Shown here: positions 10,116-20,997 of the stretch, one piece after another | Layout: each line of letters begins with the position of its first letter | How positions within the stretch are numbered: the stretch's first letter is position 1 | From: a virus | Length of the DNA: 64,000 nucleotides | Virus record (IMG/VR): IMGVR_UViG_3300016457_000282 | Location: 1-64,000 of that record | Strand: one strand, 5' to 3' | Made by a program: the position numbers and the translations under genes | The notes under the pieces: generated by a model | What the model saw: only the letters and a program-made list of their open reading frames with translations | Database searches by the model: none | Told to the model about the DNA's origin: nothing

Positions 10116-11065
10116 TGGCATATCATATAGAACACTTAACTGATATAAACGGGCCTCAAGCGTTATACAACGCCTTGATTGACTTTATGACAAGTACGTT
10201 AGGGTGGGAAGTCAAGAAAACTGGAACTACTGGAGGTAGTTACGGAAGAGATTATACTATCCTTTATTCTAGCGGCGAATCAGAGCAAGAAGATATTTAC
10301 GTTGGATTTAGTTGGTATTATCGTACTAATATTCGTTGCGGCATTCAAGTAAACGCTTATACAGGGTTCGACAGTGCTTACGGCTTTAGTAGTTTAGGTT
10401 CTCTAAATACGGAGAAGTCCCACGGTGTTTATAGGTGGTTGCCCACCGTACTACTTCAGGACACAAATTACGATCACGTGTGGTTTTGTGGAGATAAAGA
10501 TAGTTGTTTCGGTGTAGTTAGGTGTGTTACTATTTACCCCCACTTTTGTGTTGGCCTCTTACGACGTTATTGGTCACGGTATTTTGATCCTTACCCTCTT
10601 TATGCGTTTGGAACTTTCAGTGGCGGATACAATTACCCTTATGACTATGACTGGAACGACTCTTCGCGGTTCAGAGGAATCAGTTCTTACCGACATGGGG
10701 ATTACTGTAGAGATTACTTGTGGTACAATCAGGATACTTGGCATTCGGATTTTGGTTACTACCCCGTGGATCCTGGTACAGGAGATACTATGCGACATGA
10801 ACATCCTGAAAGAAAAAAGAAAATCTTTACCGCTAATATGTTTATCCACGCAATGGAACTGCCTAACAACGAGAAAGCTATTGCCCCTTTTATGATCGCC
10901 GATGAGACAGGTATACGCGGCGAAATTAAGTGGGTTTATAAGTTATCTCGAGCTGTTGGGCTGGATCCGGAGGACGAAGTTACAATTAACTCGGCTTCGT
11001 ACAAAGTATTCCCTGGTACAGTAGATCTGAATCTCTCAAGATGGTTTGCAATTAGACTCGCTTAG
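10115..11065 (+). CDS. Virion structural/tail protein
   Basis: Paralog of the upstream ORF (LGWE...SSGE...DIYVG; YPL; GEIKWVY). Confidence 0.6.
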   Translation: MAYHIEHLTDINGPQALYNALIDFMTSTLGWEVKKTGTTGGSYGRDYTILYSSGESEQEDIYVGFSWYYRTNIRCGIQVNAYTGFDSAYGFSSLGSLNTEKSHGVYRWLPTVLLQDTNYDHVWFCGDKDSCFGVVRCVTIYPHFCVGLLRRYWSRYFDPYPLYAFGTFSGGYNYPYDYDWNDSSRFRGISSYRHGDYCRDYLWYNQDTWHSDFGYYPVDPGTGDTMRHEHPERKKKIFTANMFIHAMELPNNEKAIAPFMIADETGIRGEIKWVYKLSRAVGLDPEDEVTINSASYKVFPGTVDLNLSRWFAIRLA

Positions 11066-11072
11066 GAGTTAA

Positions 11073-12026
11073 TTGAGCATGGGTGTGATTAAACTCTATA
11101 AGTCAAAAATTGTTAACGATTCGGAGTTCAACGGAGGTTATGAAGATTGCTCGTCCGAGATTTTCTCAGGACAATATGAGAACCTTTTTCCAGATGTCTC
11201 GCCCTCCGAACGTGCTTCTGGGTACGTTCGTTATCGAAAGTTCTTCGTTCACGCAACTGCTCAAACTATCTCTAGTTCGTACGTAGGAATCTTTGACAGG
11301 AGCCCTGCAGGAGATTATTTTAGACTTCACGCAGCAACTGTTGCTCAGACTCAAGGAAGTTTACTCGCACTTCCTTCGCACAAGTGGTATGGTACTGGTA
11401 GGATTACCCAACCCGTTGCCTCTGGGGCTACAGTTGTAGTTGCGTCTTTTGATGGTGATGTCCCTGATATTGAAGTGAACGATACCGTTCTTTTGGCTAG
11501 TGCGACTGATAATGAACTGCATACTGTGGCCGCTGTTACCAGTTCCGGACTGAGTGTAACCGTTACTTTGAGTAATGGTACTAACCACTCGTACGATACG
11601 GGTTCTCGTTTGTGCCACTTACTTCCGTTGGGTAGTATTGCCCCTAGTTACTCTGATTGGTTGGAGTCTAGCTCTTCAGGGACTTATGATGAAGTGAATT
11701 ACCCTCCTAGTGTGTATAATGTGGGGACGGTTGAAGATGTTTGGACTTTGACGTTTTATAGTTCCTCTGCGTTTACGTGTGTAGGTTTAACTACGGGAAC
11801 TGTTGGAACAGGAGATATTAACAACGATTTTTCGCCCAGTAATCCTGTGGGGGGCACCTATTTCACACTCTACGCCTCCGGTTGGGGAGGTTCATGGCAG
11901 TCTGGAGATTCTGTCTCGTTTAAAACTCACCCGTCTTCGAAGCCTGCTTGGGCTAAAGAAGTTATCCCTGCGGGCGCTGCGCCTTGTTTCTCGAATGAGG
12001 TGCCCTTTATTGTGATCTATGCTTAA
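11073..12026 (+). CDS. Tail protein
   Basis: NLFPDVSPSERASG..RYRKFF and GWGGSWQSGD motifs seen in phage tail proteins. Confidence 0.6.
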   Translation: MSMGVIKLYKSKIVNDSEFNGGYEDCSSEIFSGQYENLFPDVSPSERASGYVRYRKFFVHATAQTISSSYVGIFDRSPAGDYFRLHAATVAQTQGSLLALPSHKWYGTGRITQPVASGATVVVASFDGDVPDIEVNDTVLLASATDNELHTVAAVTSSGLSVTVTLSNGTNHSYDTGSRLCHLLPLGSIAPSYSDWLESSSSGTYDEVNYPPSVYNVGTVEDVWTLTFYSSSAFTCVGLTTGTVGTGDINNDFSPSNPVGGTYFTLYASGWGGSWQSGDSVSFKTHPSSKPAWAKEVIPAGAAPCFSNEVPFIVIYA

Positions 12027-12120
12027 GGGGACCCAGATGACTCTTAAGACGACTACTCCAATTCTCGAGTCTTACACTCCTAGTGGGCTACTGCGATTAT
12101 AACTTAAGGAGAGGAAGTAA

Positions 12121-15100
12121 ATGGGCTGGCTCCCAGAATATTCACACAGAATCAGGTTCAAGATTGATCATGCAAAGATTGACTCTGATCTTACTCACTT
12201 CCCTATTACCCTCTTCTTGACTGAAGATAATGCTGATGCAGTCTTTAATGAACTGGGTTCTAACTATAAGAAGATTGCAGTTACTTCTGATGATGGTACT
12301 ACTCAACTTTATGTAGAAGTTGAAGTATGGGACTCAGCGAATAAACAGGCAGTTCTCCATATTTCTAGGTCGTCTTGGACTATTTCGTCATCTTCAGATA
12401 CTTATTTTTATCTTTACTACGACGCGTCTGTTGCAGACAACACAACTTACGTTGGAGATCCTGGAGATTCTGTTGCTGCAAATGTTTGGGATGACAACTT
12501 TAAAGCGGTTTACCATTTATCTCAAAATCCCACAGGAGGCAATGGATGTATTAAAGATAGCACCAGCAACAATAATGACGGTACTCCTCATGGAAGTATG
12601 ACTTCAGATGATTTAGTTGATGGGGGGGTAGGAAAGGCTCTGGACTTCGACGGAAGTGACGACTATGTGGATTGTGGGAGCGACGGCAGCTTGGATATTA
12701 CTGGTCCTCTTACAATAGAGTCAGTTGTGAAGTTATCTTCTACAGGCGGGAGTCAAGCTTTTTTTGAAGGGCGTCTGCAATATACATTGTGGGTGAATTC
12801 AAGTGGTAGAGTACGCCTTGCAGACACGCAAGGTAACTACTGTGATTCAGATTCTGGTGATTTTGCCTGGGATGTTTATCAGTACGTAGCTGGCAAGTTT
12901 TCGGGTTCTTCTGGAGACTCTATTACCACGTCCAATGCTGCTGTTTTTATAAACGACGCTAATGTAACAGCAGCTACGGGAGGTACGTGGTTGCCACAGT
13001 CTCTTTCTACTGCTGTAATTGCGTGTTCTCCTCAAGCTACGCCCATCTCTTTTGCAGATGGTTTGATAGACGAAGTAAGAATTTCCAACGTGGCTCGTTC
13101 CGATGCTTGGATCAAGGCGACTTATTATTCTTTATTTAATAGTTTGATAACTGTTTGTGAGCATGTAACGGCGTGGAGTTATAGAAAGAAAATTACTATT
13201 TCTGGTTCTCCAGGAGCCGGAACAGGTTATCAAGTCCTTTTAAAAGTAGGAGAAAGTTCTGGAGCTAGTAACTGTGATTTCCATGTTGAAGGGCATTCTG
13301 CCAAGTTCCCTTCAGGAACCAATGATTCAGGAGACCTTCGTTTTGTAGATAACGATGGTTCTACTTTTTTAAACTTCTGGGTTGAGAAGGTAGAAGGTGA
13401 GGCACCCAATAGAGTAGCTTATTGTTGGGTTAAGATAAACGACAACTTAGATTCGGATGTGAATATTTACTGTTATTATGGCAACCCTGGGACAGGTAAT
13501 GTAAGCAACGGGAAAAATACGTTTGAGTTCTTTGACGATTTTAGCATTGACTCACTTTCAAACTATGATCTGATTTCGGTGTTTCACTTCGGCGACGGTA
13601 CTGATGATAAAACAGCAGGAACTTATGATGTAGTTAATCAGAGAGTAAACATTAACACTGGTGATAACCTTGAAACGGTTTATTCCCCGAAAAATTTTAC
13701 CATCAGAAATTTTCATGCCCAGGCTAAGTTTCTTGTTTCAGGAGGCTACCCGTATGGTGCTACGGGTACTGTAGTAGGACGGTATCAAGATGACAACAAT
13801 ATGTACACAGGCCAAAAGGCAGCACAACAGTATAGTGAGACTGGGGGGACAGGTTCTTATTGTAGTTATACATCACCAATAATACGTAAGTGGGTTGCTA
13901 GTACCGAGAGTGACATTGCTACACCCCCGTCAAATAATTACATTCCAATGAATACTGAAACTATACTAGCTCTAGCAATATATGAAAACAATATAAAATT
14001 CTTTGTTGACGGTTCAGAGGTTTTATCGACTACAGACTCTGATTTATCTGATGCAGGCAGGGTGGCATTTGGAGCGGGTCAGTGGGAGGGCTGGCTGGAT
14101 GAGATCAGAGTCCGTAAATATGTGTCTCCCGAACCTTCTTTCTCTACTGCAGGAGACGAAGAGCAACTTGTCGGCCCTACCTGGTATCAGGCTATTTCTT
14201 GTATTCGAAATCGCCTTTACGAGATTGCCTACAATTCTAAACATTACCTTACTTCTACCTTTTATATGTTCTTTAGAATTTGGGGAGGTGATATTACTAA
14301 AGTCAAGAACAAAGTATTTGCTGATGCGTTAACTTTAATAGCCAACCAAGTTCGATCCTATCAGCTCGTGGTCCCTCATTTGATTCAACATTGGGACGGC
14401 CCTGAAGGTGATTACCGGCTCGTTCCTCCTTCTACTCGCGAACGTCCATGGTGGTGGTGGCCTTATTCTTGCGGTGAACCCGTATCTAAAGGGCAGGAGG
14501 GTATTAACTATTCACGTATTTCGAAGGATCGTCGTTACGACACGTTTTTCTCCCCCCAACGGTATTATTGGGGTGTAATAGTAGGGACACCGTACTCACG
14601 AACTCCCTCATCTTACGCAGGTAAAACAATTGAGGACAAACCAAAGAATTTCTTCTGGAACAGAGTTTACGTTGTCCCTACAAAAATTGATTTCGGATTT
14701 ACTAAGGTAGGTTCGTCTCGGTTAATTCACATTTTACATCGTTATGAAGACACCTCTCACGATTTACAATCTGTTTCTTCTTCGGATCCTACGTTTTCGG
14801 TAACTCTTCCTGAGCCTTTGCCTCACACTATGGCTCCCGGGGCTGAGATGGACGGTCTTGTGAATGTGGCACAGGTGGGGGCAGTGAGAGTAGTAGACGC
14901 GCCCATCTACTTCCATTTTGATACAGTAGGAGACGCCATTTGTTATGTTTCTGCTACGTTCGCTATAGTCCTCTTGAAACCGAGAAAGTATGATCAATGG
15001 AATACACCTCATACTTTTCAGAAGATAAAGTTCAAGTTCGAAACAGAATTGGTTCACAACTTAGCAAGCAAGCCCACCCGTATTCCTAAACTTTATTACC

Positions 15101-16113
15101 CTACCCGCTCGTCTTCGTTGCACTTGGGAGCTGTTGATGAGGTTGCATATGATCTTGATTATGATGCTATCAATGCGGCTCGTTATTTAGTAGTAGTGCC
15201 TGAGTTTCCTCTTAGAGTACGATTAGTGAGCAACGCGCACCAACATGATACCCAGATAGTGGTAGAAGATGTCACAGACTTTGAGGTAGGGTATTCTGCT
15301 GTTTTGTGTAGCTCGCGTCATTTAGAAGCGGGCCAGATCACCGAAATTGACGCAGCCTCGAAAACACTTAAGTTTGCTGGCCAGCTTCAGTATGATTATG
15401 ATGTGAACGATACCTGGGTGTACCCCAGTTTTACGGGGTACGGCCACGTGCGACGGACTCGTTCTTTAGTGAAACATAATGTTTACAACCTTGAGATTGA
15501 CGTAGATGAAATAATCCCTGAGGGCTGTAACGCATTGACAGGTACTACTTCGCAGTGGTACAAACGGCCAAGAACGGTGCTTGTTGAAGGGTCTGTAGTT
15601 GATAGTAGGGATGTTAAGGGTCTTGAAGTTGGCGTCCCGTCCATTAAAAATCCTTTGAGCTCTCGTCTGCGTGATAAAATTGTTGTAACGCATAGTTACC
15701 AGTTCTTTGGAACTGCTTGGAGGGATTTCAAAGACTTGTTTTTATACGCAAAAGGGCGCTATCAGAAAGTCAATATAATCACTTGGTTGAGTGAATTACG
15801 CGTTTACGAAGACGCTTATCAAGGTTCTGCTTCGCTAAAGATCATACCTCGGACTTACTCTGAGATTTGGAGTGCTTACAAGAAGGTGGTGATTGATTAT
15901 GGATCTACTATAGTTCACACGACCGTTACGGGCGTAGTTACTGCTGAGGATCATTGTGTAGTTACCCTTCAAGATAATTTGTCGTTAGACACACCGAAGG
16001 GTACCCCACTCCACTTTAAGATTGACGCTTACTTAACAGAGGATACCATCGAGTTTGATTTCAAGGGCGATGGCTGTTTCGTAACTGTTACTTGGGAGGA
16101 AGCGTATGACTAA
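12121..16113 (+). CDS. DUF2341/LamG-domain tail protein fused to a distal-tail-like region
   Basis: Two DUF2341-like units (WSYRKKITI; DLRF..DG..L.FWVE), LamG (ALDFDGSDDYV...GLIDEVRIS), then a C-terminal tail-protein-like region. Confidence 0.75.
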   Translation: MGWLPEYSHRIRFKIDHAKIDSDLTHFPITLFLTEDNADAVFNELGSNYKKIAVTSDDGTTQLYVEVEVWDSANKQAVLHISRSSWTISSSSDTYFYLYYDASVADNTTYVGDPGDSVAANVWDDNFKAVYHLSQNPTGGNGCIKDSTSNNNDGTPHGSMTSDDLVDGGVGKALDFDGSDDYVDCGSDGSLDITGPLTIESVVKLSSTGGSQAFFEGRLQYTLWVNSSGRVRLADTQGNYCDSDSGDFAWDVYQYVAGKFSGSSGDSITTSNAAVFINDANVTAATGGTWLPQSLSTAVIACSPQATPISFADGLIDEVRISNVARSDAWIKATYYSLFNSLITVCEHVTAWSYRKKITISGSPGAGTGYQVLLKVGESSGASNCDFHVEGHSAKFPSGTNDSGDLRFVDNDGSTFLNFWVEKVEGEAPNRVAYCWVKINDNLDSDVNIYCYYGNPGTGNVSNGKNTFEFFDDFSIDSLSNYDLISVFHFGDGTDDKTAGTYDVVNQRVNINTGDNLETVYSPKNFTIRNFHAQAKFLVSGGYPYGATGTVVGRYQDDNNMYTGQKAAQQYSETGGTGSYCSYTSPIIRKWVASTESDIATPPSNNYIPMNTETILALAIYENNIKFFVDGSEVLSTTDSDLSDAGRVAFGAGQWEGWLDEIRVRKYVSPEPSFSTAGDEEQLVGPTWYQAISCIRNRLYEIAYNSKHYLTSTFYMFFRIWGGDITKVKNKVFADALTLIANQVRSYQLVVPHLIQHWDGPEGDYRLVPPSTRERPWWWWPYSCGEPVSKGQEGINYSRISKDRRYDTFFSPQRYYWGVIVGTPYSRTPSSYAGKTIEDKPKNFFWNRVYVVPTKIDFGFTKVGSSRLIHILHRYEDTSHDLQSVSSSDPTFSVTLPEPLPHTMAPGAEMDGLVNVAQVGAVRVVDAPIYFHFDTVGDAICYVSATFAIVLLKPRKYDQWNTPHTFQKIKFKFETELVHNLASKPTRIPKLYYPTRSSSLHLGAVDEVAYDLDYDAINAARYLVVVPEFPLRVRLVSNAHQHDTQIVVEDVTDFEVGYSAVLCSSRHLEAGQITEIDAASKTLKFAGQLQYDYDVNDTWVYPSFTGYGHVRRTRSLVKHNVYNLEIDVDEIIPEGCNALTGTTSQWYKRPRTVLVEGSVVDSRDVKGLEVGVPSIKNPLSSRLRDKIVVTHSYQFFGTAWRDFKDLFLYAKGRYQKVNIITWLSELRVYEDAYQGSASLKIIPRTYSEIWSAYKKVVIDYGSTIVHTTVTGVVTAEDHCVVTLQDNLSLDTPKGTPLHFKIDAYLTEDTIEFDFKGDGCFVTVTWEEAYD

Positions 16114-16975
16114 AATAGCACTTGAGCTCACTGGGGGGTTAGGGAAGAATATTGCTTTTACTGCAGTGCTCCCTTACCTCGACTCTAAACCAACCATTTT
16201 ATGTTCGTTCCCTGTTGCCTTTGAGAATAGTCCTTATGTGGAGGAGTGTGTGCCGTGGCCTTCTTCCAACTTTAGGGTGCTGAGTGAGTTTGATATAAGG
16301 AAAGTTGAACCCTACTACGTTGCGGATTACCGTCAAGGGAAGATTACTCTGATTGAGGCAATATTTAGATCCTGTGATGTTAAGCTTGTGCAGGGCGCTG
16401 CCCCGAAGCTTTACTTAACTGATAAAGAGAAGAAGGATGCACGGGCCTATCTCGATCGGAAAGGGCGCCCTGTTATTTTATTCCAACCTTTTGGAGCTTC
16501 TACCGACGTATCCAGCCCCCTCTCTTCAGGTCAACGCTCTTTGAGTAAAGATCAAGCGCTGAAGTTAGCCCGGTTCTTGAGCGATTTTGGTACTGTACTC
16601 GTACTGCGCGGTTTGTCCCAACCCTCGCTACCTGGATTTGAGCATCCTGATTTGAACTTAAGGTTTTCCATCTCTCTTGTGTCAGAAGCGGACGCTCTAG
16701 TGGGTGTGGATAGTTGGCTTTGCCACGCCGGGGCTGCACTGGGGAAGAGAGGTTTCTTTATCTTTACGTCTACGGACCCGAGACAGTTGTCCTATCCTCT
16801 GCACATTTCAGTTCAGTCACCTAACCGCTGCGATTTGTACCCATGCCGCCGTCCTTGGCCAGGAGTTCCTGACAATTTTGTGTGTCCCTTTGGTTTGAAG
16901 TGCCAAGATTTTAATCCTGAAGTATTTTTTGAAGAGATAGAGTCCTATTTGAAGGAGGCCCTCGTTGAAGTTTGA
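16106..16975 (+). CDS. Glycosyltransferase, GT9 (heptosyltransferase-like)
   Basis: GGLGKNI N-terminus; VGVDSWLCHAGAALG; C-terminal Cys cluster. Confidence 0.75.
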   Translation: MTKIALELTGGLGKNIAFTAVLPYLDSKPTILCSFPVAFENSPYVEECVPWPSSNFRVLSEFDIRKVEPYYVADYRQGKITLIEAIFRSCDVKLVQGAAPKLYLTDKEKKDARAYLDRKGRPVILFQPFGASTDVSSPLSSGQRSLSKDQALKLARFLSDFGTVLVLRGLSQPSLPGFEHPDLNLRFSISLVSEADALVGVDSWLCHAGAALGKRGFFIFTSTDPRQLSYPLHISVQSPNRCDLYPCRRPWPGVPDNFVCPFGLKCQDFNPEVFFEEIESYLKEALVEV

Positions 16976-17765
16976 CGGCGTAATTCTCGTTTATGGCATG
17001 CATACAGACTATTTAATTGCGACTAACTTCCCGTTTACGACCAATGACTCTATTACCTGGGAACCTCTTATCACGTCTGATATTTCATACGAGCTTTCTG
17101 GCGTAGATCGGAAAGAAGCGTTTACTATTAAAATTTTACGGGATAAAGTACCCGATCTCTCAAGTTACCTTGTAAATCGAGTTGGTTCTGTGACAGTTCG
17201 CGCTGTTGAGATTGATGTGGATACGGCAACTTGGTCAGAGTTTTATCAAGGTAATGTCACTAAGTTTAAAATCGACCTCCACTTTGTCGAACTCGAAGTT
17301 GAGAGTATGGTGTCGTTAGGTCTTAGGTCAGCGAATCGTGTCCGCCTTTCTCTAGGATGTATTCGAACTTTAGACGAATGTGGAGTCGCATGGGATTCTT
17401 ATTCTGCTTCTGGAATAGTAGCTGGTATTAGTGGGAGAACTATCTCGATTAACTATACTACTCGGGGTTCAAACTTCCCAGACCCCGTTCCAAATAATTT
17501 TCTGAAATATGGGAAGTTAGTTGCGCCAACGGAAGTTAGGAGTATAGTTTTTAATGATGCGGGTTCTGTGGTGGTGAGGTTTGCTACTCGTGATCTGTCT
17601 GTAGGAGATGTTGTTACTGTTTACGCCGGGTGTGATAAATCGATTGCAACTTGTAGAGACAAGTTTAACAATTTGGATAACTACTTAGGTTTTCCTCATA
17701 CTCCTACAGAGAGTGCGACTTTAAGAGGAAGACAGGGAAAGACTGCGTCTGGTGGAAAGAAGTAA
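16965..17765 (+). CDS. Baseplate hub protein, DUF2163/BR0599-like
   Basis: C-terminal GCDKSIATCRDKFNNLDNYLGFP signature. Confidence 0.85.
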   Translation: MKFDGVILVYGMHTDYLIATNFPFTTNDSITWEPLITSDISYELSGVDRKEAFTIKILRDKVPDLSSYLVNRVGSVTVRAVEIDVDTATWSEFYQGNVTKFKIDLHFVELEVESMVSLGLRSANRVRLSLGCIRTLDECGVAWDSYSASGIVAGISGRTISINYTTRGSNFPDPVPNNFLKYGKLVAPTEVRSIVFNDAGSVVVRFATRDLSVGDVVTVYAGCDKSIATCRDKFNNLDNYLGFPHTPTESATLRGRQGKTASGGKK

Positions 17766-18213
17766 GTGCTACAATTGCGTACTCTTTGAGAAGGCTAATG
17801 AATGGATTGGTACCCCATTTAAACTCAGGGATTGTGTTAAAGGTAGGGGGGCTGATTGTGTGAGTGCGCCTCTTTCGATCTTGGTAGATGTAGGTCTACT
17901 TCCTAAGGAAACGTTTCTAGATATTTACAGCGCGCGAATGCTCAAACTATTTCGTCAAAACCATCAAGAGTTCTTACGGCAACTGGCGCATACTTTTGGT
18001 GACAATTACATGGTGGTAACTGGAGATAAAAGTGTGAAGTGCGGAGATATTGTGGTGCGAGACATTGGGCGCTATAGAGAGATGTTCGCCGCAGTCTATG
18101 TGTCCGATAAGTTTCTCGTTGCTAGACCTGTAACCGGAGTTCAGTGGGTTGCTAACTTTGAATTTGACTACAAAATTTCTAAAGTCAATTTTAGGTGTCC
18201 TTGTGAAGTGTGA
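17752..18213 (+). CDS. NlpC/P60-like tail-associated protein
   Basis: WIGTPF...GADC motif. Confidence 0.7.
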   Translation: MERSKCYNCVLFEKANEWIGTPFKLRDCVKGRGADCVSAPLSILVDVGLLPKETFLDIYSARMLKLFRQNHQEFLRQLAHTFGDNYMVVTGDKSVKCGDIVVRDIGRYREMFAAVYVSDKFLVARPVTGVQWVANFEFDYKISKVNFRCPCEV

Positions 18214-18667
18214 GAATTGTTATTATTATCAGTTAGCACAGAAGTGGGTTAATACCCCTTTCAAGCTCGGGGGTACTTCTCTTAAGGGAATTGACTGCTT
18301 TGGAGTCTCATTACGTATAGCACAAGAGAGTGGTTTGATTTCGGAGGATCAGTTCAAAGTAATTCATACTACAACGGTACTTAGGATTCTAAGGAAAGAG
18401 GGTGTACATAAATTCAAAACGTTTATTCAGGAAGGGAGTGGTGGACGACTTGTTGAAACAACTAACCCAGCAGACTTGAAGTGTGGGGACTGGGTGTTAA
18501 GAATTATAGGAAGAAATTTTGACGTTGAGAGTGCTCTGTTTGTAGGAGGTCAGTTTATTACATCTTTCCCGAAAGAGTGTGTTACTATCACACCTGTGTT
18601 TAAGTTTGACTTTGCAATCTCGTGGGGAGGATTTTCGTTTAGGAAATGGCGGTCTTTGCAACTCTAG
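18203..18667 (+). CDS. NlpC/P60-like tail-associated protein (second copy)
   Basis: WVNTPF...GIDCFG; likely GTG start at 18203. Confidence 0.7.
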   Translation: MKCENCYYYQLAQKWVNTPFKLGGTSLKGIDCFGVSLRIAQESGLISEDQFKVIHTTTVLRILRKEGVHKFKTFIQEGSGGRLVETTNPADLKCGDWVLRIIGRNFDVESALFVGGQFITSFPKECVTITPVFKFDFAISWGGFSFRKWRSLQL

Positions 18668-20985
18668 CAATTTATGCGGCGTTGTTTCTCGCGAGCTACT
18701 TTTTGGCGGGGCCACCTAAGACTGAGGACAGTCCGGGCGACCAAAGTGCTAATGAAGTAAAGATTCCTCGCAACCGAGTTGGGCTGGCGATTCCCTCTGT
18801 TTTTGGAAGGGGCCAGGTTGCTGGCGTAATGATTGATATGGTTCCTAAAGTAGAGGCATATGGTCGTTTCAAGCGGTCATTTCAAGAGGTTGAACATAAG
18901 AAGAAGGTAGGTTCTGGTAAGGCTAAGGCAGAAATTACCTATTACACCTACGTGATGGTTGCTCGTTGGGCCTTTTCTATAGGCCCGGTCGATGAGTTTA
19001 CGAAGCTAATCCTTGAGTCCACTCGAGTGGATGTAGATCACCCTTCTTCGGGGTGCGATCAGAGTGAACGAGGTAAGTACCTCGGGGGCTATTGGTACTA
19101 TGGTACGTCTACGCAAACTCGACATTCTCACGACACCGCTCTTCATGACAGTTCCGACCTATTGAACTATCGCAATGTGGCGTACGCTACACTAAATATT
19201 TGTTTAGGACAATCTCCATCTCCTATCCACCCACAATGTGAGTTGAAAAGGTTCGTTCAGCCCTTGACTTCACTTGGGAAGAAAGTTGGAGATGACGCTA
19301 ATTTGATGCAAGTCCTTTACTACATTCTAACGAATCGATGGTATTTGAACATCCCGGAAAGTTTGGTCGATAAAGATTCGTTTATAGAGGCAGGTAATGT
19401 TCTTGCGTCGGAGGGAATTGGAGGTTCATATGTAGTTTCAACTTCAGCCGACCTAGGACAGGTAATAAGAGAGATCTTAGATTGGTGCGGGGCCAAGCTT
19501 TATTGGTATCAAAACAAAATTTGCGTTAAGGTAATTAGAAATACAGGGGCTGCAACGTTGACTTTAACTGATGATGACATTGACAACTTGTCACTCGAGG
19601 GGAATCTTTGGACCGCAGTTCATTGTGCAGCTTCGCTGGAGTGGATTGATCCTCACAATGATTATGAGACGAACTGGATTTATCAGGTTGACCACGGTAC
19701 CGAAGCAGTTGCAGGTAATTTTAAACTAAACGAGTTTAGTTATAGGATTATTGCTTCTGATACTATTGCAAAGAAAGTGCTTGATCGTAAGATGACTGAG
19801 GTTACGTTCCCCCGTATTAAAGCTACTTTCACGACTACTGTGTCTATCGAACCTTACCAAATCATTGAGATTGATTCTGACCAGTTTGGAGTAACGGGTA
19901 CATTTAGGGTTACATCAATTGTTCGAAAGGGAGTGGGCGTTTACGAGCTTGAGGCTATAGAACTTGTTGAAGCAGAACCTGTTGACATGTCAGACGTTCC
20001 TTCTGTTGGTCCAGGAGTAGTTACGCAGGACTTCGAGAGTAGTTGGATTTCCTGGGGTTATCTCGAAAACCCAATTGGAGGTGTTTACTTCTGGTGTAAA
20101 CCTGATTTAAGCAATCCTTACTTAAAAGGTTTCTCGATAACCTTGAGTTACGACTCTTTAGAGCTTTCTACGGCAGAGATTTTGGTTAACTACTTAGGGA
20201 CGCTAACTCACGATGTTCCTGTTACTCATAAGACTTCTAGGACTTATCAGATCGATGTTACTAGTGACGTCGCTTTTTCACTACTTGGATCTAGTGATGC
20301 TGGTTGGTTCGCTGGTTCTTTGTTATTACTGATCAATAACGAGATAATTTCTGTTAGAGATGTAAGTGTAGATGAGAGTGGATACCATTTTGTAGGAGTA
20401 ATCAGGGGATTCTTCAAGACAATCATCTCTTCACATGCTGCTGGAACTGACGTGTTCTATCTGAATTACAACTCTCCCGTTACTACGGATAGAAATACGT
20501 TTGCGCCTCTTGCTAACCAAACCCTCGATATTGACATGACCCCTCGACATCACTTCCTTGGAGCGGAAATCGACGATACAGAACACGCGGAGACAGACTC
20601 CTTTACGTACAAGGGTAATCCTTTTAGGCCATTGCCAATCTGTAATCTCCAGGTTAATGAGCAAGGTAATAATCACCGCGTTTCTTCGGGCGATGACGTC
20701 AGCATTAGTTGGAGGAACCAATCTAGAGATGGGGCGGGGTTTCATTTCCCAAGTCAGCAAAAGCCACAGGATCCTACTCCTGATTATGACCAGATCCGGT
20801 TAGAGATTTATGATGGTACCACGCAGGTGAGAGAAGAGATATTAGATGGCACAACTACGTCGTATGACTACACGTCCGCGCTGCAATCTTCAGACGGCGT
20901 GCTTAACAAGAACTTCACGATTAAAATTACGCCAAGGAACAACGTATGTGAGGCGGACACTGTTGAACTAACAGTACTACGCTGA
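18646..20985 (+). CDS. Central tail/tip protein (GTA megatron / gpJ-like)
   Basis: G.AIP.VFGR, YRNVAY, DANLMQVLY.IL motifs; follows the hub and NlpC genes. Confidence 0.75.
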   Translation: MAVFATLAIYAALFLASYFLAGPPKTEDSPGDQSANEVKIPRNRVGLAIPSVFGRGQVAGVMIDMVPKVEAYGRFKRSFQEVEHKKKVGSGKAKAEITYYTYVMVARWAFSIGPVDEFTKLILESTRVDVDHPSSGCDQSERGKYLGGYWYYGTSTQTRHSHDTALHDSSDLLNYRNVAYATLNICLGQSPSPIHPQCELKRFVQPLTSLGKKVGDDANLMQVLYYILTNRWYLNIPESLVDKDSFIEAGNVLASEGIGGSYVVSTSADLGQVIREILDWCGAKLYWYQNKICVKVIRNTGAATLTLTDDDIDNLSLEGNLWTAVHCAASLEWIDPHNDYETNWIYQVDHGTEAVAGNFKLNEFSYRIIASDTIAKKVLDRKMTEVTFPRIKATFTTTVSIEPYQIIEIDSDQFGVTGTFRVTSIVRKGVGVYELEAIELVEAEPVDMSDVPSVGPGVVTQDFESSWISWGYLENPIGGVYFWCKPDLSNPYLKGFSITLSYDSLELSTAEILVNYLGTLTHDVPVTHKTSRTYQIDVTSDVAFSLLGSSDAGWFAGSLLLLINNEIISVRDVSVDESGYHFVGVIRGFFKTIISSHAAGTDVFYLNYNSPVTTDRNTFAPLANQTLDIDMTPRHHFLGAEIDDTEHAETDSFTYKGNPFRPLPICNLQVNEQGNNHRVSSGDDVSISWRNQSRDGAGFHFPSQQKPQDPTPDYDQIRLEIYDGTTQVREEILDGTTTSYDYTSALQSSDGVLNKNFTIKITPRNNVCEADTVELTVLR

Positions 20986-20997
20986 GGAGGTTAGTAG

